From Eledone cirrhosa (lineage: Eukaryota): a stretch of 64,000 bases of DNA. Below are positions 13,731 through 27,500 of the stretch, in pieces. The notes beneath the pieces are model-generated. The model did not search any database. It saw only the letters and a program-made list of their open reading frames with translations, and was not told where the DNA came from. Positions within the stretch are counted from its first letter, which is position 1, and each line of letters begins with the position of its first letter. The position numbers were made by a program, and so were the translations under genes. The stretch spans positions 46,376,001 through 46,440,000 of the forward strand of contig OZ024751.1 of the NCBI GenBank assembly GCA_964016885.1. Reading direction: 5' to 3'.

Positions 13731-14407
13731 TTAAAAAACAACAACATTCAGTTGAGAAATATCAACAATATTAGTTGACCCATTTAAATTTTAGCTAAAA
13801 AAAAAATCTGCTTTTTCCTAAATCAAATTTTATTGTGGGTGAAGAAGATGGATGATAATAAGGTTGTGCATTCGATTTGCATACTAGGTGATGAGTTTTG
13901 TCCTTGAGCAAAACACTTCAAATCCAGAATGAGCCTTGGGCTTTGTCCAGCCTGTACAATCTCGAAAAATGGATGTAAAACAATAACTCATATCACTGAA
14001 ATTTTATTGTGCTTTGTACAGTCTAAGATAATTAAAATTCTGTAAGTGCTATAGATTTAAGTGCTGTAGAATTTAGTGCTGTAGATACACTATATCTGCT
14101 TTATTTATATGAAATACAATCTAGCCTCAACCATGCTCTGTCTTTATTTATGAAATATAAGATAGCTTCAATCATGCAGCTTTGGTTACACAATCACTGG
14201 AAAGAGTTTTCGTTTTGGTAACCACTGGGTGCATTTGATGTGCAAGCAAGTGTTAAAATTATTTTAATTTATTTTATTAAATCTGCAATCATTATCATCA
14301 TCATCATTTAACGTCCACTTTCCCAGCTATCAAAAGTTGGACAGGTCTTTACAGACAGGGTCAGTACTAAAGCAGGGCTACTGACCTCAAGAAGGCTGCG
14401 TGTTCAG

Positions 14408-14717
14408 ATCACGTCGGGGTCACCAGTTTAGTGAATTGGTTTATTAGTTTAATCTTCTCCGGAAGATACCGCTGGTAACCAACCACTAATTCAATAAGAA
14501 AGAAGATATAGATATCCGGGCATGCAATATAGAGGTGATATGCTCTGTACATATAGTGTTCAGTTCCGAAGTAGTCGCAAGAGTATAGAGAGTTGCTCGT
14601 AACAACGAGGCCGGCAGTGAATAAGAGTGTGAGAAACACAAGTCTCGTCTATTTATTATGCCTATGGGAAGTAACTTTAATTAATTCTTTTTTTTTTTTA
14701 CCCTAGGGGTCGCTACA
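14408..14717 (-). mobile_element. LTR retrotransposon remnant (Gypsy-like 5' LTR plus tRNA-Trp primer binding site)
   Basis: The minus strand begins TGTAGCGACCCC (14717) and has AATAAA near the LTR end. It then reads TGGTGACCCCGACGTGAT (14425-14408), the complement of the tRNA-Trp 3' end. Confidence 0.8.
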
Positions 14718-14954
14718 GACCTCTCAGACAGGCTGGGGTTTGTATCTTACTTATATACAGTTCCATGTTCTACCAAGTTCATTTATCATGGTGCTAGCAC
14801 TAAGGAAGTAGTCATGTCTTTGACACAATTTCAGATAAGTTTCAAAGGCAACCATTGCTATGACTTAGAAACAAGTTGTTTTCAAACTAAAAATGTGATT
14901 TTTTTTCTTTATGAATTTATTTCTGTTCATTGTAACTTCAATATCTATTTTCAG

Positions 14955-15020
14955 GTTACTATAGTTGGTGTGCTGATAATTCTTACTGCTCTCAACATTT
15001 TGAAACCTCTACAGAATAAT
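14955..15020 (+). CDS. Internal coding exon of a multi-pass membrane protein gene (VTIVGVLIILTALNILKPLQNN)
   Basis: tattttcag| acceptor and |gtaagt donor. 66 nt, phase 0-0, open, hydrophobic. Confidence 0.8.
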
Positions 15021-16084
15021 GTAAGTAATCAGAATAAGAAAGGAAAGGGGTTTCCTTCAGTTTAGCTTTACACCTATGACTGACTAACCATGAGTTTGCC
15101 TCCCTAAACACCCTAACCACAGAAACACCCGTCTTCATGGATATAATGGAAAAGAAGTAAAATGCAAATTTTCACAAGGAAGGCAACAATAGCAACATGT
15201 GTGTGTTTGTTTGTCTGTGTTTACCTTAATTGCATATTTATGTTATGTTACCATAGCTATTTGACAAGTAGAGATCAATATAATAAGTATCAGAATTTTT
15301 AAAAAGTAAGCACTAGAGTTGATATCAATTAAATCTCTAGAAAGCATTGTCCCAGCATGGCCACAGTCTAATATCTAAAACTAGTAAAAGAAGAAAAGAA
15401 TATTATTTATGTGAGACATTAACTTAAACTTTGTAGAGTGGAGTAGTAACTGTTCTAGGATGAATTCATTTTGTAGTCATAAAAAATGAATACTAGGTAC
15501 TGTTTGTTTGACTCTGCATTCTGTTCAAATTCGGAGAAGGTCAACTTTGCCTTTCATCCTTTTGAGCGGTTGATAAATAAAGTCCAAGGTGCAATGGACT
15601 GGCAAACAAGATTGTTTGCAGTATTTGTTTTGGCTCGGTGTGTTTTGTGTTCAAATTTCACCTCTTGTCAGAAGTGATACTTCTGTCAGTTGGGAATGAG
15701 AGATAGTTTCAGCAATGGGAAAACCAATTAAGACAGTGATTCCTTTGTCAGATTTGATCCTCAGCTCCTTTCATCTATCAGGAGTTGCAACTGAGAGGTA
15801 GTATCAGCAATTGGAAGACTAATTGAAACATAGTTTTCTTGATCTAAAATATCTTTGTTTCACAGTTTAATTGACTATTAAACTCTTTATGATAATATTT
15901 GAGTAATAACTTAAACATTGTGGGATAATATCAGTTATCAATAATGTGATAAACGTTTTTTGAAACTTAGATTTTGTTTTAACATATATGTGTGAGGTTA
16001 CAGTCCCACAAATACACAACATACCATTTGAAAGAGATGGTATCACTATATATGTAATCAAAATCTAAATCCAGGTATCGGGTC

Positions 16085-16520
16085 AGGTCATTGCACCATC
16101 TTGCCTTTGGCTACCTTCTAGTTCTTCTCCGCTGCCTTGGTGTCCACTCTATCACTCTAATAGTCCATCTGTTATTGCTAAGGTAAAAGACATTTCCAGC
16201 TCATCTATGTTTCCTCTTCTTGATGGTGTCGATTATGTCCTTCACTCCAATCTGCTGTCAAAGCCAGTTATTGCTCTTCCTGTCATGTAAAGTGTTGCTG
16301 AGCACCATTCGCTCCATTTTATGTTGAGCCACTGCAGGCGTGGTGTTGAGTGCCCACATCTCACTTCTAGGAGTCATCACTGGCAGAGCATGTTCATTAA
16401 TCCACCTAACCTAATCTGGCCAAGCTTGCACTCACAAATAAGAAGAACCAGGGCTGCCCCTAGGAGCATTGGATTTGGTGTACTTCATATTTATTTCGGT
16501 TGCTGAATACAATCAGAGAT
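16085..16520 (-). mobile_element. Decayed RTE-clade LINE C-terminal fragment
   Basis: The minus strand translates to LPVMT..SEMW ... AGNVFYLSNNRWTIRVIEWTPR...RW, typical of the RTE C-terminus, with stops. Confidence 0.7.
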
Positions 16521-16659
16521 CGCTGCTTCTCCTGAAGGTCAATAGTTCTCTTCTAACTTGAGTGGGAGCACAAGGTAAAAGACATTTCCAGCTCATCTAT
16601 GTTTGATCATCTGCAAAGCTGCATTGTTCTCAGAACCACTACACCAGTCTTTCGATGCG

Positions 16660-16820
16660 TGCAGCTAGAACTACTGCCACCCATTGATTTGGCAGGATTG
16701 CAACTAATTTCTACAGCTGAATAAACTGGAATAACGTGAAATAAAGTGTCTTGCTCAAGGACACAACACATCACCTGGTCCGAGAATCAAATTCACAACC
16801 TTTCGATTGCAAGCCCAATG
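16660..16820 (-). mobile_element. CORE-type SINE fragment
   Basis: GAAATAAAGTGTCTTGCTCAAGGACAC is the reverse complement of the CORE-like motif. It matches 29350-29460. Confidence 0.75.
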
Positions 16821-18412
16821 CTTATATTTATATATACAATTGGATGTATTCTACAGGTGTGTTTTAATATTTTGATGATTGCAGTTATAAGTATATTTTA
16901 TTATATTATAAGAGATTAATTGTATATTATTATTAAACCATTTGCCTTTCATCCTTACGGGGTCGATAAAATAAAGTACCAGTAATGCACTGGGTGATTG
17001 CTGGCCTTGTGTCTAACGTAGAAACAATTATTAAACCATTTATTTAATATATAAACAGTTATGGTAAATATATATTTTATTTACTTAGTACATAAATAGT
17101 TATGGTTGGATCGAATAGTCAATATTGTTGTCTTTTAAGGACCAAATTAAGGCCAGGAATACCTCAAAGACCTCAAAAATAAAATGGATAACTTGAAAAA
17201 AACCCAAATAAGATCCTTGTAAAATCTGACAAAACTAACAACTTATATGGAATTGAAAAGGAAGACTACAATGATTTAATACTGAAAGAACTTAGAAAGA
17301 AGTATAAGAAACCGCTAAAGAAGATCTATCAAACTTAAACAAAGAAGCTTATGAAATTATCTACAAATCGATCTATTGGCGAAGGGTATCCAAAGCGCGC
17401 GCACACGAGAATATGGCTCTTTCAAGAATTTGTCATCTCTGTATCGAAGAAATCTTTCCAATGCTAATAATATTATAAACAAAAAGAAAGAGGTATTTAA
17501 TTATTGCTTGCATCGATTCTCCAAGACTTTTAAAAGAAATTTCCTTTTATAGGAAATATTATATATTGCCTTTATATCTTGCCCAGTTACAATTTATATG
17601 TCTTCGCTTGTTCTTAGGGGTGTTTTTAATGACGTTTTTGAAGGTATTTTTGATGGTTTTTGAATGTTTTTCTAAAAGGTTTTATAAGTTTTTTTAAATG
17701 CATATATACAAATACTTAATATTATAAAATTTATACATAGATATAATTAATATTATCAAAATCTATACATAAATATACTCAATGTTATCAAAACCTATGC
17801 ATAGAAAGTTTTAATCTTTTTACTAATATCTTAAACATATTAATATATGATGCTCAGAAATCATATATAAAGTTTTACATATACTTTAATTATAATATAA
17901 TTTGAAAGTAATTATTAGGCGAAACGCTAAATCTAACTATATCTTTAAAGAACTTAAACTCCTTAAACTAATAAAAATTAGAGTTATCTTTTCCTTTGAT
18001 AAAAACTTGCTTACATTTAACCTTTACGAGACATTCAAACTTTATATGAATATTTAAAATGTTTTAATTTATATTTCTATCCTGATACAACTATAGATTA
18101 TACAAAATATTATACATCTATATAAAAATATAATTATTTCCACATTCTTAAGCTATATATTGAAAATGCAAACATATCTTCGCTCAGCATATCCTGTTTT
18201 CATATGTAAACAGAATCTATATCCAACCATAACTATTTATGTACTAAGTAAATAAAATATATATTTACCATAACTGTTTATATATTAAATAAATGGGTTA
18301 ATAATAATATACAATTAATCTCTTATAATAAAATAAAATATACTTATAACTGCAATCATCAAAAATATACACACCCGTAGAATACATCCAATTGTATATA
18401 TAAATATAAGCA
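16819..18412. mobile_element. Penelope-like remnant bounded by ~190-bp inverted repeats
   Basis: 16819-17112 (interrupted by a SINE fragment at ~16940-17030) is the reverse complement of 18220-18412. An internal + frame reads ILVKSDKTNNLYGIEKEDYNDLI, resembling the N-terminal Penelope RT motif. Confidence 0.65.
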
Positions 18413-18853
18413 ATCTTTCACATATTAAATTAATAGTTCTCACTTTAATACATTTATTTAGAATTCACACATTATATTATAAATACTTCCAAATTATATA
18501 ATTAAATAAATAAAAATAAATATAATTATTTCATTCTTCCTACACCTTTTCAAATATATTTTGAACACTTATATATGTATTTTTCTATAAATATTCTGTA
18601 AGTAGCTTTAAATATTTTTTCATAAAATCTTTTCTTCAATATTAATAGTAACCCTCTCTTTTCTATTTTAAAAAAAAAAATAACTCTGATAATAATTTAA
18701 ATATACTTAGCATCTAAACATAACGGTCTTTTTCAGTTTCAACGTTATCCTCATTAGCATATTCATCTTGAGTTTCGAAGTTTTATCCACTATTTACATA
18801 GAACTCATAACAGTTCATATGTAGATATGTCATTATCTGTAAACCAATTATTG

Positions 18854-18914
18854 TATTTTATCTGACGATAACGTACCAAACTACTGGTACCCTTGAAATA
18901 TATATGATAAAATA
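18854..18914 (+). ncRNA. Type I hammerhead ribozyme motif, degenerate (UG at the cleavage site)
   Basis: TATTTTAT-CTGACGA-stem II (GTACCA/TGGTAC)-GAAA-TATATA-TG-ATAAAATA. Same family as 51367 and 63141. Confidence 0.6.
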
Positions 18915-18940
18915 AATATGGTTTTATAAAGATAGTTTCC

Positions 18941-18996
<56 letters not shown>

Positions 18997-19023
18997 ATTG
19001 CTTGAACTCATAATCCTTTATTT

Positions 19024-19079
19024 ACTGCTATATATATTTCGATGATAGCCATTGAATGGATATGACCTCATCAGACAGT
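19024..19079 (-). ncRNA. Type I minimal hammerhead ribozyme
   Basis: Minus strand: ACTGT-CTGATGA-GGTCATATCCATTCAATGGCTATCATC-GAAA-TATATA-TA-GCAGT. Core intact, stem I pairs, stem III short and palindromic. Confidence 0.75.
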
Positions 19080-19181
19080 TAGTCAGTTCTTAGATATGCC
19101 AGCTCTGTGTTTATATATATATATATTTCGTTTCTGAATTTGTTAGCAAGATTCTTTATCTGAAAACGTGTGTTGAAACCG

Positions 19182-20902
19182 ATATTGTTATGCTTTGGGA
19201 GGGTCATGTTGCCAATAAGAAACACACGCACCAGTTGCTTTCACTTCAATTTATTATAAATTAAATTTATAAATTTAGGAATTTATAAATTTCCGGTTGT
19301 TTGGTTGGTTCCACAACCAGACGATTGTTCATATATTGTCAAAGTTCTTTCGTCACACATTCTGTGACCTCTTCAGTGACTGGGTATTCTTTTCTTTGTT
19401 TTTGTGCCTCTCCTTTGTTCTGTCCTACGCCATCTTGTTTTTGTGTGTGTTGTGTGCTTAGTTTGCGCATGTGTTGCATCCGGGTGTCTCTGTGTGTTTA
19501 TATTTGTTTATTTATTTGTTTATTTACATGTTACTGGTTGGTTGTTTGTTCTATGTGTGTGTGTGTTTTCATTTTGTCCTTAATTGTAAGTTGTGATGTT
19601 GCTGTTCCATTCATGTTTTCTATTTAATTTTGGTTGGAGTTCATTTATGTTTATTGCCTCTGTGATTTGTCTAAACATTGCGTCTTTTCTGTGTGTAGAT
19701 TCTATTTTTATTTCTATGTTCTCTAATTTACCCGTATGTTCTATTTTAGCATGTTGGTGGAGTACAGATGATTCTTTACTATCTTGAAGCTCTCGCCAGT
19801 GTTCATTTATCCGTTCCCCTATACTACGACCTGTCTCACCTATGTACATATATTCTTATCTCTACATTGTCCTTCAGTACATCTTATGCTATACACTACA
19901 TTTCTAGTTTTACAGTTAATATGGGGGCTTAGTTTACAGATTATACATTTCTTATCTATACAGGGAGGTCTTTGAAAAGGGTATGTATTGCTAATAAGTG
20001 TTTTTATGGAGGTACCTGGTCTTTTTACTATCTTAATATTGAGTTTATGTTTATCTAGGGCCCTTCTAAATTTGTAAGCTAATTCACCTCTAGGGGTTGT
20101 ATCGATGAACATTACACTCTGGTATTTATTGCTATCATACCATGAGTTTATTCTATTAACCTTATTCCTAGTTCTTTCTATTCCAAAATTTGCTCCTATA
20201 CAAGGGGCAGGTCCCATTTGTATCATTATTTACCATTTTTTCCCATTTGGTTCTGGCTCCTCTATATACTCTGATTTTATCTCTCTGATTGTAACCAGAG
20301 AACTGCATATGGTGGATGAAGTGTTGTATGTGTCTCTCTAGTTCTTTGGGGTTGCACATGTGGGACGCGTTTCTCATCACCCGTACCAAATCCGCAATCA
20401 GTATGTTGATTTTGGTATGGTCCGAAACAGCTGAGTTTCGGTGGATTAGATATTTGGAAGTCATGGGTTTGGCATAATGGGAATGGAGGATCTGTTTTTT
20501 GTTATTAATGGTATCTAACCAGAGCTCTGTGTCTAGTACAGGTAATCGATGGTTGGGGTGTTTGCTTGGGTAGTCTATAGTAACTCTAATACTCTGGTGG
20601 ATGGAGTTAGCTATTTGCTGGATGCTTTCCATGGTGTTTTTCTCTAATCCTGACTGTTCTCTAGTGGGGGTGTTTTTACTACGATGTTTATATCATTAAC
20701 GTAGTGGGAGTACATTATCAGAGTTAAGAGGTTGCTGTCTTCTAATTGTTCTTTAAGTTTAAGTTTAAGTCTATTGTCCCACCATACCATGAATAGGTTA
20801 GCTATGTCACCTGCAATGCTAACACCAATGGCTGCTCCCTCCTCTTGGGCATATGTTTTTCCATTAAATTTGAACATATGTTCCTTAAGGGTTAATTTTA
20901 TA
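19182..20902 (-). mobile_element. Penelope-like retroelement, 5'-truncated and frameshifted (RT, GIY-YIG endonuclease, pLTR)
   Basis: RT motifs FKFNGKTYAQEEGAAIGVS, YVND and LPVLD. GIY-YIG signature NVVYSIRC...YIGETGR..ERINEH...EA. Confidence 0.92.
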
Positions 20903-21621
20903 CTGTAAAACTAGAAATGTAGTATATAGCATAAGATGTACTGAAGGACAATGTAGAGATAAGAATATAGTGTACATAGGTGAGACAGCTCGTAGTATAG
21001 GGGAACGGATAAATGAACATTGGCGAGAGCTTCAAGATAGTAAAGAATCATCTGTACTCCACCAACATGCTAAAATAGAACATACGGGTAAATTAGGGAA
21101 CATAGAAATAAAAATAGAATCTACACACAGAAAAGACGCAATGTTTAGACAAATCACAGAGGCAATAAACATAAATGAACTCCAACCAAAATTAAATAGA
21201 AAACATGAATGGAACAGCAACATCACAACTTACAATTAAGGACAAAATGAAAACACACACACACATAGAACAAACAACCAACCGGTAACATGTAAATAAA
21301 CAAATAAATAAACAAATATAAACACACACAGATACCCGGATGTAACACATGCGCAAACTAAGAACACAACACACACAAAAACAAGATGGTGTAGGACAGA
21401 ACAAAGGAGAGGCACAAAAACAAAGAAAAGAATCCCCAGTCACTGAAGAGGTCACAGAATGTGTGACGAAAGAACTTTGACAATATATGAACAATCGTCT
21501 GGTTGTGGAACCAACTAAACAACCGGAAATTTATAAATTTAATTTATAATAAATTGAAGGGAAAGCAACTGGTGCGTGTGTTTCTTATTGGCAACATGAC
21601 CCTCCCAAAGCATAACAATAT
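20903..21621 (+). mobile_element. Inverted copy of the Penelope 3' end (GIY-YIG plus pLTR)
   Basis: Near-identical reverse complement of 19182-19915. ORF 20970-21239 matches ORF 19580-19849. Confidence 0.92.
21439..21481 (+). ncRNA. Hammerhead-like motif in the Penelope pLTR (also minus strand at 19338-19380 and 51684-51726)
   Basis: GTCA-CTGAAGA-G-GTCACA(GAATG)TGTGAC-GAAA-GAAC-TT-TGAC. Stem III is minimal. Confidence 0.65.
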
Positions 21622-21854
21622 ATATATATATATATATATAGGGAAAGGAGTCAGGATCCCGACAGCTAGATCTGAACTACATCTGAATGGCCGGAGCTCA
21701 GCCATTGTGGTCGGACTCTTTTCCTATAACCCACTCAACTACCCTAAGTATCAAGTACTTTGATGCGTTATGGTCCACCTGCTATCTTACCACACCTTCT
21801 TTGTTATATATTCTTTAATGCAGTAACGTATATATGTGATATTTTCTGTTTCAG

Positions 21855-21935
21855 GTCATTATATTAATGGTAATAGTCTTTGTCGGTGATGTCTTCGCTT
21901 TTATTTCATTTTGTATCTTTTGCGATTTGGCAGAT
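21855..21935 (+). CDS. Internal coding exon, transmembrane helix (VIILMVIVFVGDVFAFISFCIFCDLAD)
   Basis: ttttctgtttcag| acceptor and |gtaagt donor. 81 nt, phase 0-0, open, hydrophobic. Confidence 0.85.
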
Positions 21936-21984
21936 GTAAGTTGAGAAATTCCTTTACCTTTTTTTGTTTTATTCAATCTTCTTA

Positions 21985-22896
<912 letters not shown>

Positions 22897-23149
22897 AATA
22901 ACCATGTTGCTTGTTTTTCTTCCCATCTTCAGTTAGCTTTCCCCTGTGTTGTTTACTTGTCTCACTCGCTTTACGCGTTTCACTTGTCCCAATAACTTAT
23001 TTTAGTTATTGCTCGCACCAACGTGAGGTATATGATTTTTAATGCGATGAAATACCAATGATCGTTGGCAAATCACTGATGAGGGACTCATTTTATAATA
23101 TGTAATCCATGTGCAACCATGCAGTATTCTTCTCCCCATATTTTTCATA

Positions 23150-23388
23150 CATATATGTATATATATATATATAGATATATATGTATGTATATATATATGT
23201 ATATATATATATGTATATATATTTATTAAAATAACAGATTAAAGTTTAAGCAAAGAATCGCTTACTATATGTATATATATATAAATGTATCATCATCATC
23301 ATCATCATCATCATCGTTTAACGTCCATGTTCCACACTTGCATGTTAAACGATGATGATGATGATATATATAAATGTATATATATATG

Positions 23389-23421
<33 letters not shown>

Positions 23422-23448
23422 GTATGTATATATATATACATATATATG

Positions 23449-23498
<50 letters not shown>

Positions 23499-23528
23499 TA
23501 CATATATATGTATATATATATATACATA

Positions 23529-23572
<44 letters not shown>

Positions 23573-23876
23573 TATGTATATATATATATATACATATATA
23601 TGTATATATATATATATATATATACATACATATATATATATATACATATATATATATATTTATATATACATATATATATACATTTATATATATCATCATC
23701 ATCATCATCATCGTTTAACGTGCAAGCGTGGAACATGGACGTTAAACGATGATGATGATACATTTATATATATATACATATAGTAAGCGATTCTTTGCTT
23801 AAACTTTAATCTGTTATTTTAATAAATATATATACATATATATATATATACATATATATATACATACATATATATC

Positions 23877-23890
<14 letters not shown>
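23150..23890. repeat. ~740-bp palindrome centred in a TA microsatellite
   Basis: The unique arm ATTTATTAAAATAACAGATTAAAGTTTAAGCAAAGAATCGCTTACTATATG (23221-23271) is mirrored at 23777-23828. The inner SINE-tail blocks are mirrored too. Confidence 0.9.
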
Positions 23891-23907
<17 letters not shown>

Positions 23908-23993
23908 GCACATATATATATATATATATTTATAGATTATGATACAGAAAAATGATGAAATGATATATATATATGTATATGTATGTATATATA

Positions 23994-24070
<77 letters not shown>

Positions 24071-24569
24071 TCTCGTAAAATGCCCCATTTGTTTTTCTAA
24101 AATAACAATCTTGTTTGTTTAATTTTGGTCGAAAAATTCTAGGATTTATAAAATGACCTCCTTGTCCCTCTTAATCTTTACCCCCCCCCCCCACACACAC
24201 ACTATATCATATTACGCGCCGGCTAGTTCACCCTTTCAATCACTCCCTTCTCTCACCAAATATAAATAAACCTGTTACGACGTACGAATCTCAGAATTTG
24301 TCAACGCTTATTAATGGTCAGACCTCGTCGTCCCCTGCGAAGTGTAATGTAAATGCCATTTTTCTTATCTCTCTCCAGCCTATCGGTCCATTCATTCATA
24401 TATCTGTATCATCGCCCAGAATCCAATCTTTTGCTCTCTCTCAATGCTATTCTATAATTCTGTCTGGTTGTTTCTAAATAATCTTCTTGTATTTTAAAGC
24501 CCTATCATTCGCTTATTATTACTGTTATATGCTTGTCCAATTATGCCCAAAATTCGAAGATTTCATTTA

Positions 24570-27500
24570 AACCCTCTCGCTAACTACCCCATACACCTCC
24601 CACCCGCCCCCACTCTCCCCCATTATTATTAGGACCAATCATAAGTCAGCGGCCTATGCTATCACTTCTGGTTGCTTGCCGATATGATGGATGGACTATG
24701 GAATTCTGGAGTTTGAAAAATCTGGACACTCAGTGACAATGCCAAAGATAAAGACAAATTCACCACATGCTGCTGGACGAAAAGACAAGGACTCCTCCTC
24801 TTTGTTTCGGCTGCGGATGGCCAACATAGCCCCAACCCCATCCCCCTCACCCCTCCCCGCGCCCCACCGTTCCCACCCACCAAACGCAATCCAAAACTTC
24901 AGAGTTGGTACCATGAATGTAGGCACCTTAAAAGGTTGCTCTAACAAGGTTGTAGAAATGCTTGAACGTAAGGAGGTTGATGTTTGCTGTATCCAAGAGA
25001 CCAGGTGGAGGGGTGGGTCTGCTAGATTCATTGTGGGTAAAAAACGATGCTATAAGCTTTTCTGGGTGGGAAATGAAAATGGGCTGGGTGGGGTAGAAAT
25101 CATGTTAGCAGAAAAATGGGTAGATAAGATAACAGACGTAAATAGAGTGAACGACAGAATAATTAAAATAAGACTTGTCCTAAATAGAACTACTGTGATA
25201 GTAATATCTGCGTATGCACCCCAATCCGGACTGCCTGACGCTAATAAAAGACAGATTCTATGAGACATTGATGCTCACTACCTCCCAAATAACCGACAGT
25301 GACTACATAATTATTGCTGGCGACCTAAATGGTCACGTTGGACAACATTGTGATGGCTATGACGGAATCCATGGAGGCTATGGGTTTGGTACTAGAAATG
25401 AGGAAGGCTCCAGAATCCTGGAATTCTGTGACGCAAATAACCTAACTATCTGTAACACTAATTTCAAAAAACGAGACAATCACTTGATCACCTATAGATC
25501 AGGGGAACACGCCAGTCAGATAGATTATATCCTTACCAGAAGACGTGATAGAGTGTCTGTTGTAAACACTAAATCCCTCCCCCATGAAGAATGCACCTCC
25601 CAACATAGACTCATAGTCAGCGACCTCATAGTCAGGACAAGACGTACTCGACAACAGAGGAGGACTATCCTCAGGAGAAAAATATGGAAGCTAAAGGACC
25701 TCACAGCCAGTAATAAATTTAAAAGCATATTACTTGATGCTTTCGACAGTAAGGAAGAGCAATTAGAGTCATACAATATACAGGAACAGTGGGAATTCCT
25801 GAAAGCTAACCTGCTGAAGGCGGCAGATGAAGTCTGTGGCTGGAGCAGGCCTATAGGCAGGAGGAAAGTAACGTGGTGGTGGAACAGTAAGGTGGAGGAG
25901 TCAATTAAGGCCAAAAAGCAGGTTTGGAAAGTATGGCGGGATGGGGGAAGTAGAGAAGACTATCAAGTGGCCAGGAGGGAAGCTAGGAGACAAGTGTACT
26001 TTGCAAGAAGAGAAGCAGAGGAAAGAAAGTTCAAGCATGTTCTACAACGCGAGGACCAAAAACGTGAGGTGTTCAGGATTGCTAGGCAATGTGTCAAGGA
26101 AAACTGTGATATTGTCGGGGAGAAGTGTGTCCTTAATGATGATGGTGTACTTGCCATCACTGACGCTGATAAGAAGGTAGCTTGGAAGTGTCATTACGAA
26201 AGGCTACTAAATGAGGAGAATAAATGGAAGAAAGACAGTCTCCCCCACATCGATCCAATAGACGACCAGCAGTGCTAGTTGAAGGTAGTATAATAAGTAA
26301 GGCAATGAAAGACATGAATACGGGTAAGACGGTTGGGCCTTCGGAAATAGTTGCTGAAATGCTGAAAGCATCTGGAACGGTGGGACACACCATGGTCACC
26401 CGGATAGTAAACCAAGTCATACAGAATGGGACCGTTCCAAAGGACTGGCGTAGCAGCATCATCATTAACTGCTACAAGGGTAAAGGAGATGCTCTTGATA
26501 GGGGTAACTATAGAGGCATTAAATTAATCGACCACGTCATGAAGGCCACAGAAAAAGTAATAGCGCAACTAATCAGAGAACGAATTGATCTAGATGAGAT
26601 GCAGTTCGGGTTTGTGTCAGGCAAAAGTACCACAGACGCTCTTTTCATTGTACGACAACTACAGGAGAAGTACCTAGCTAAAAGTAAACCCCTATACTTA
26701 GCTTTTGTCGACTTGGAGAAAGCCTTCGACACAGTCCCCCGCTCCATTATCTGGTGGGCTCTTAGAAAACTAGGTGTTGATGAATGGCTTGTGAGAGCTA
26801 TACAAGCCATGTATAAAGAGTTTAGCGTAAAAGTTGGTATTCATCAGGGCTCCGTTCTTAGCCCCCTACTATTTATTATTGCCCTTCAGGCTATAACAGA
26901 GGAGTTCAAGACCGGCTGCCCATGGGAACTCCTATATGCAGATGATCTAACGCTCATAGCTGCATCAATCGCTGAACTAGAGAAGAAATTCCAAACATGG
27001 AAGCATGGCCTAGAATCAAAAGGCCTTAAAGTTAACTTGTCTAAGACTAAAGTTCTAGTTTGTAGGAAGGAAAATAGGGCACCGGTCCCATCTGGGAAAT
27101 GGCCATGCTCAGTGTGTAGGAAAGGAGTAGGCAGAAACTCCATTTTATGTCCCAAATGCAAAGTATGGGTGCATAAAAGATGTAGTGGGATCACAGGTAA
27201 GCTAACTAAGAATATAGATTTTATATGTGGCCGGTGCTCTGGTGCAATAAGTAGCAGCAAGTGCCTACAGAATACTAGCTCATTCCATTGCACAGATGGT
27301 TCTATAGAAATAGTGAACACCTTCCGTTACCTGGGTGACAAAATCAGCAGTGGGGGAGGGTGCTCTGAAAGTACAGTAGCTAGAGTCAGAACGGGATGGA
27401 AAAAGTTCAGAGAGCTTATACCACTATTAGCCGCTAAAGGGTTCTCTCTAAAAATGAAAGGCAGGCTGTATGATGCCTGCATACGAACAGCAATGTTACA

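Noticed and set aside
14814-15065. 83-aa ORF as a single-exon gene
   Set aside because: Better explained as read-through of the 66-nt exon 14955-15020 into flanking intron.
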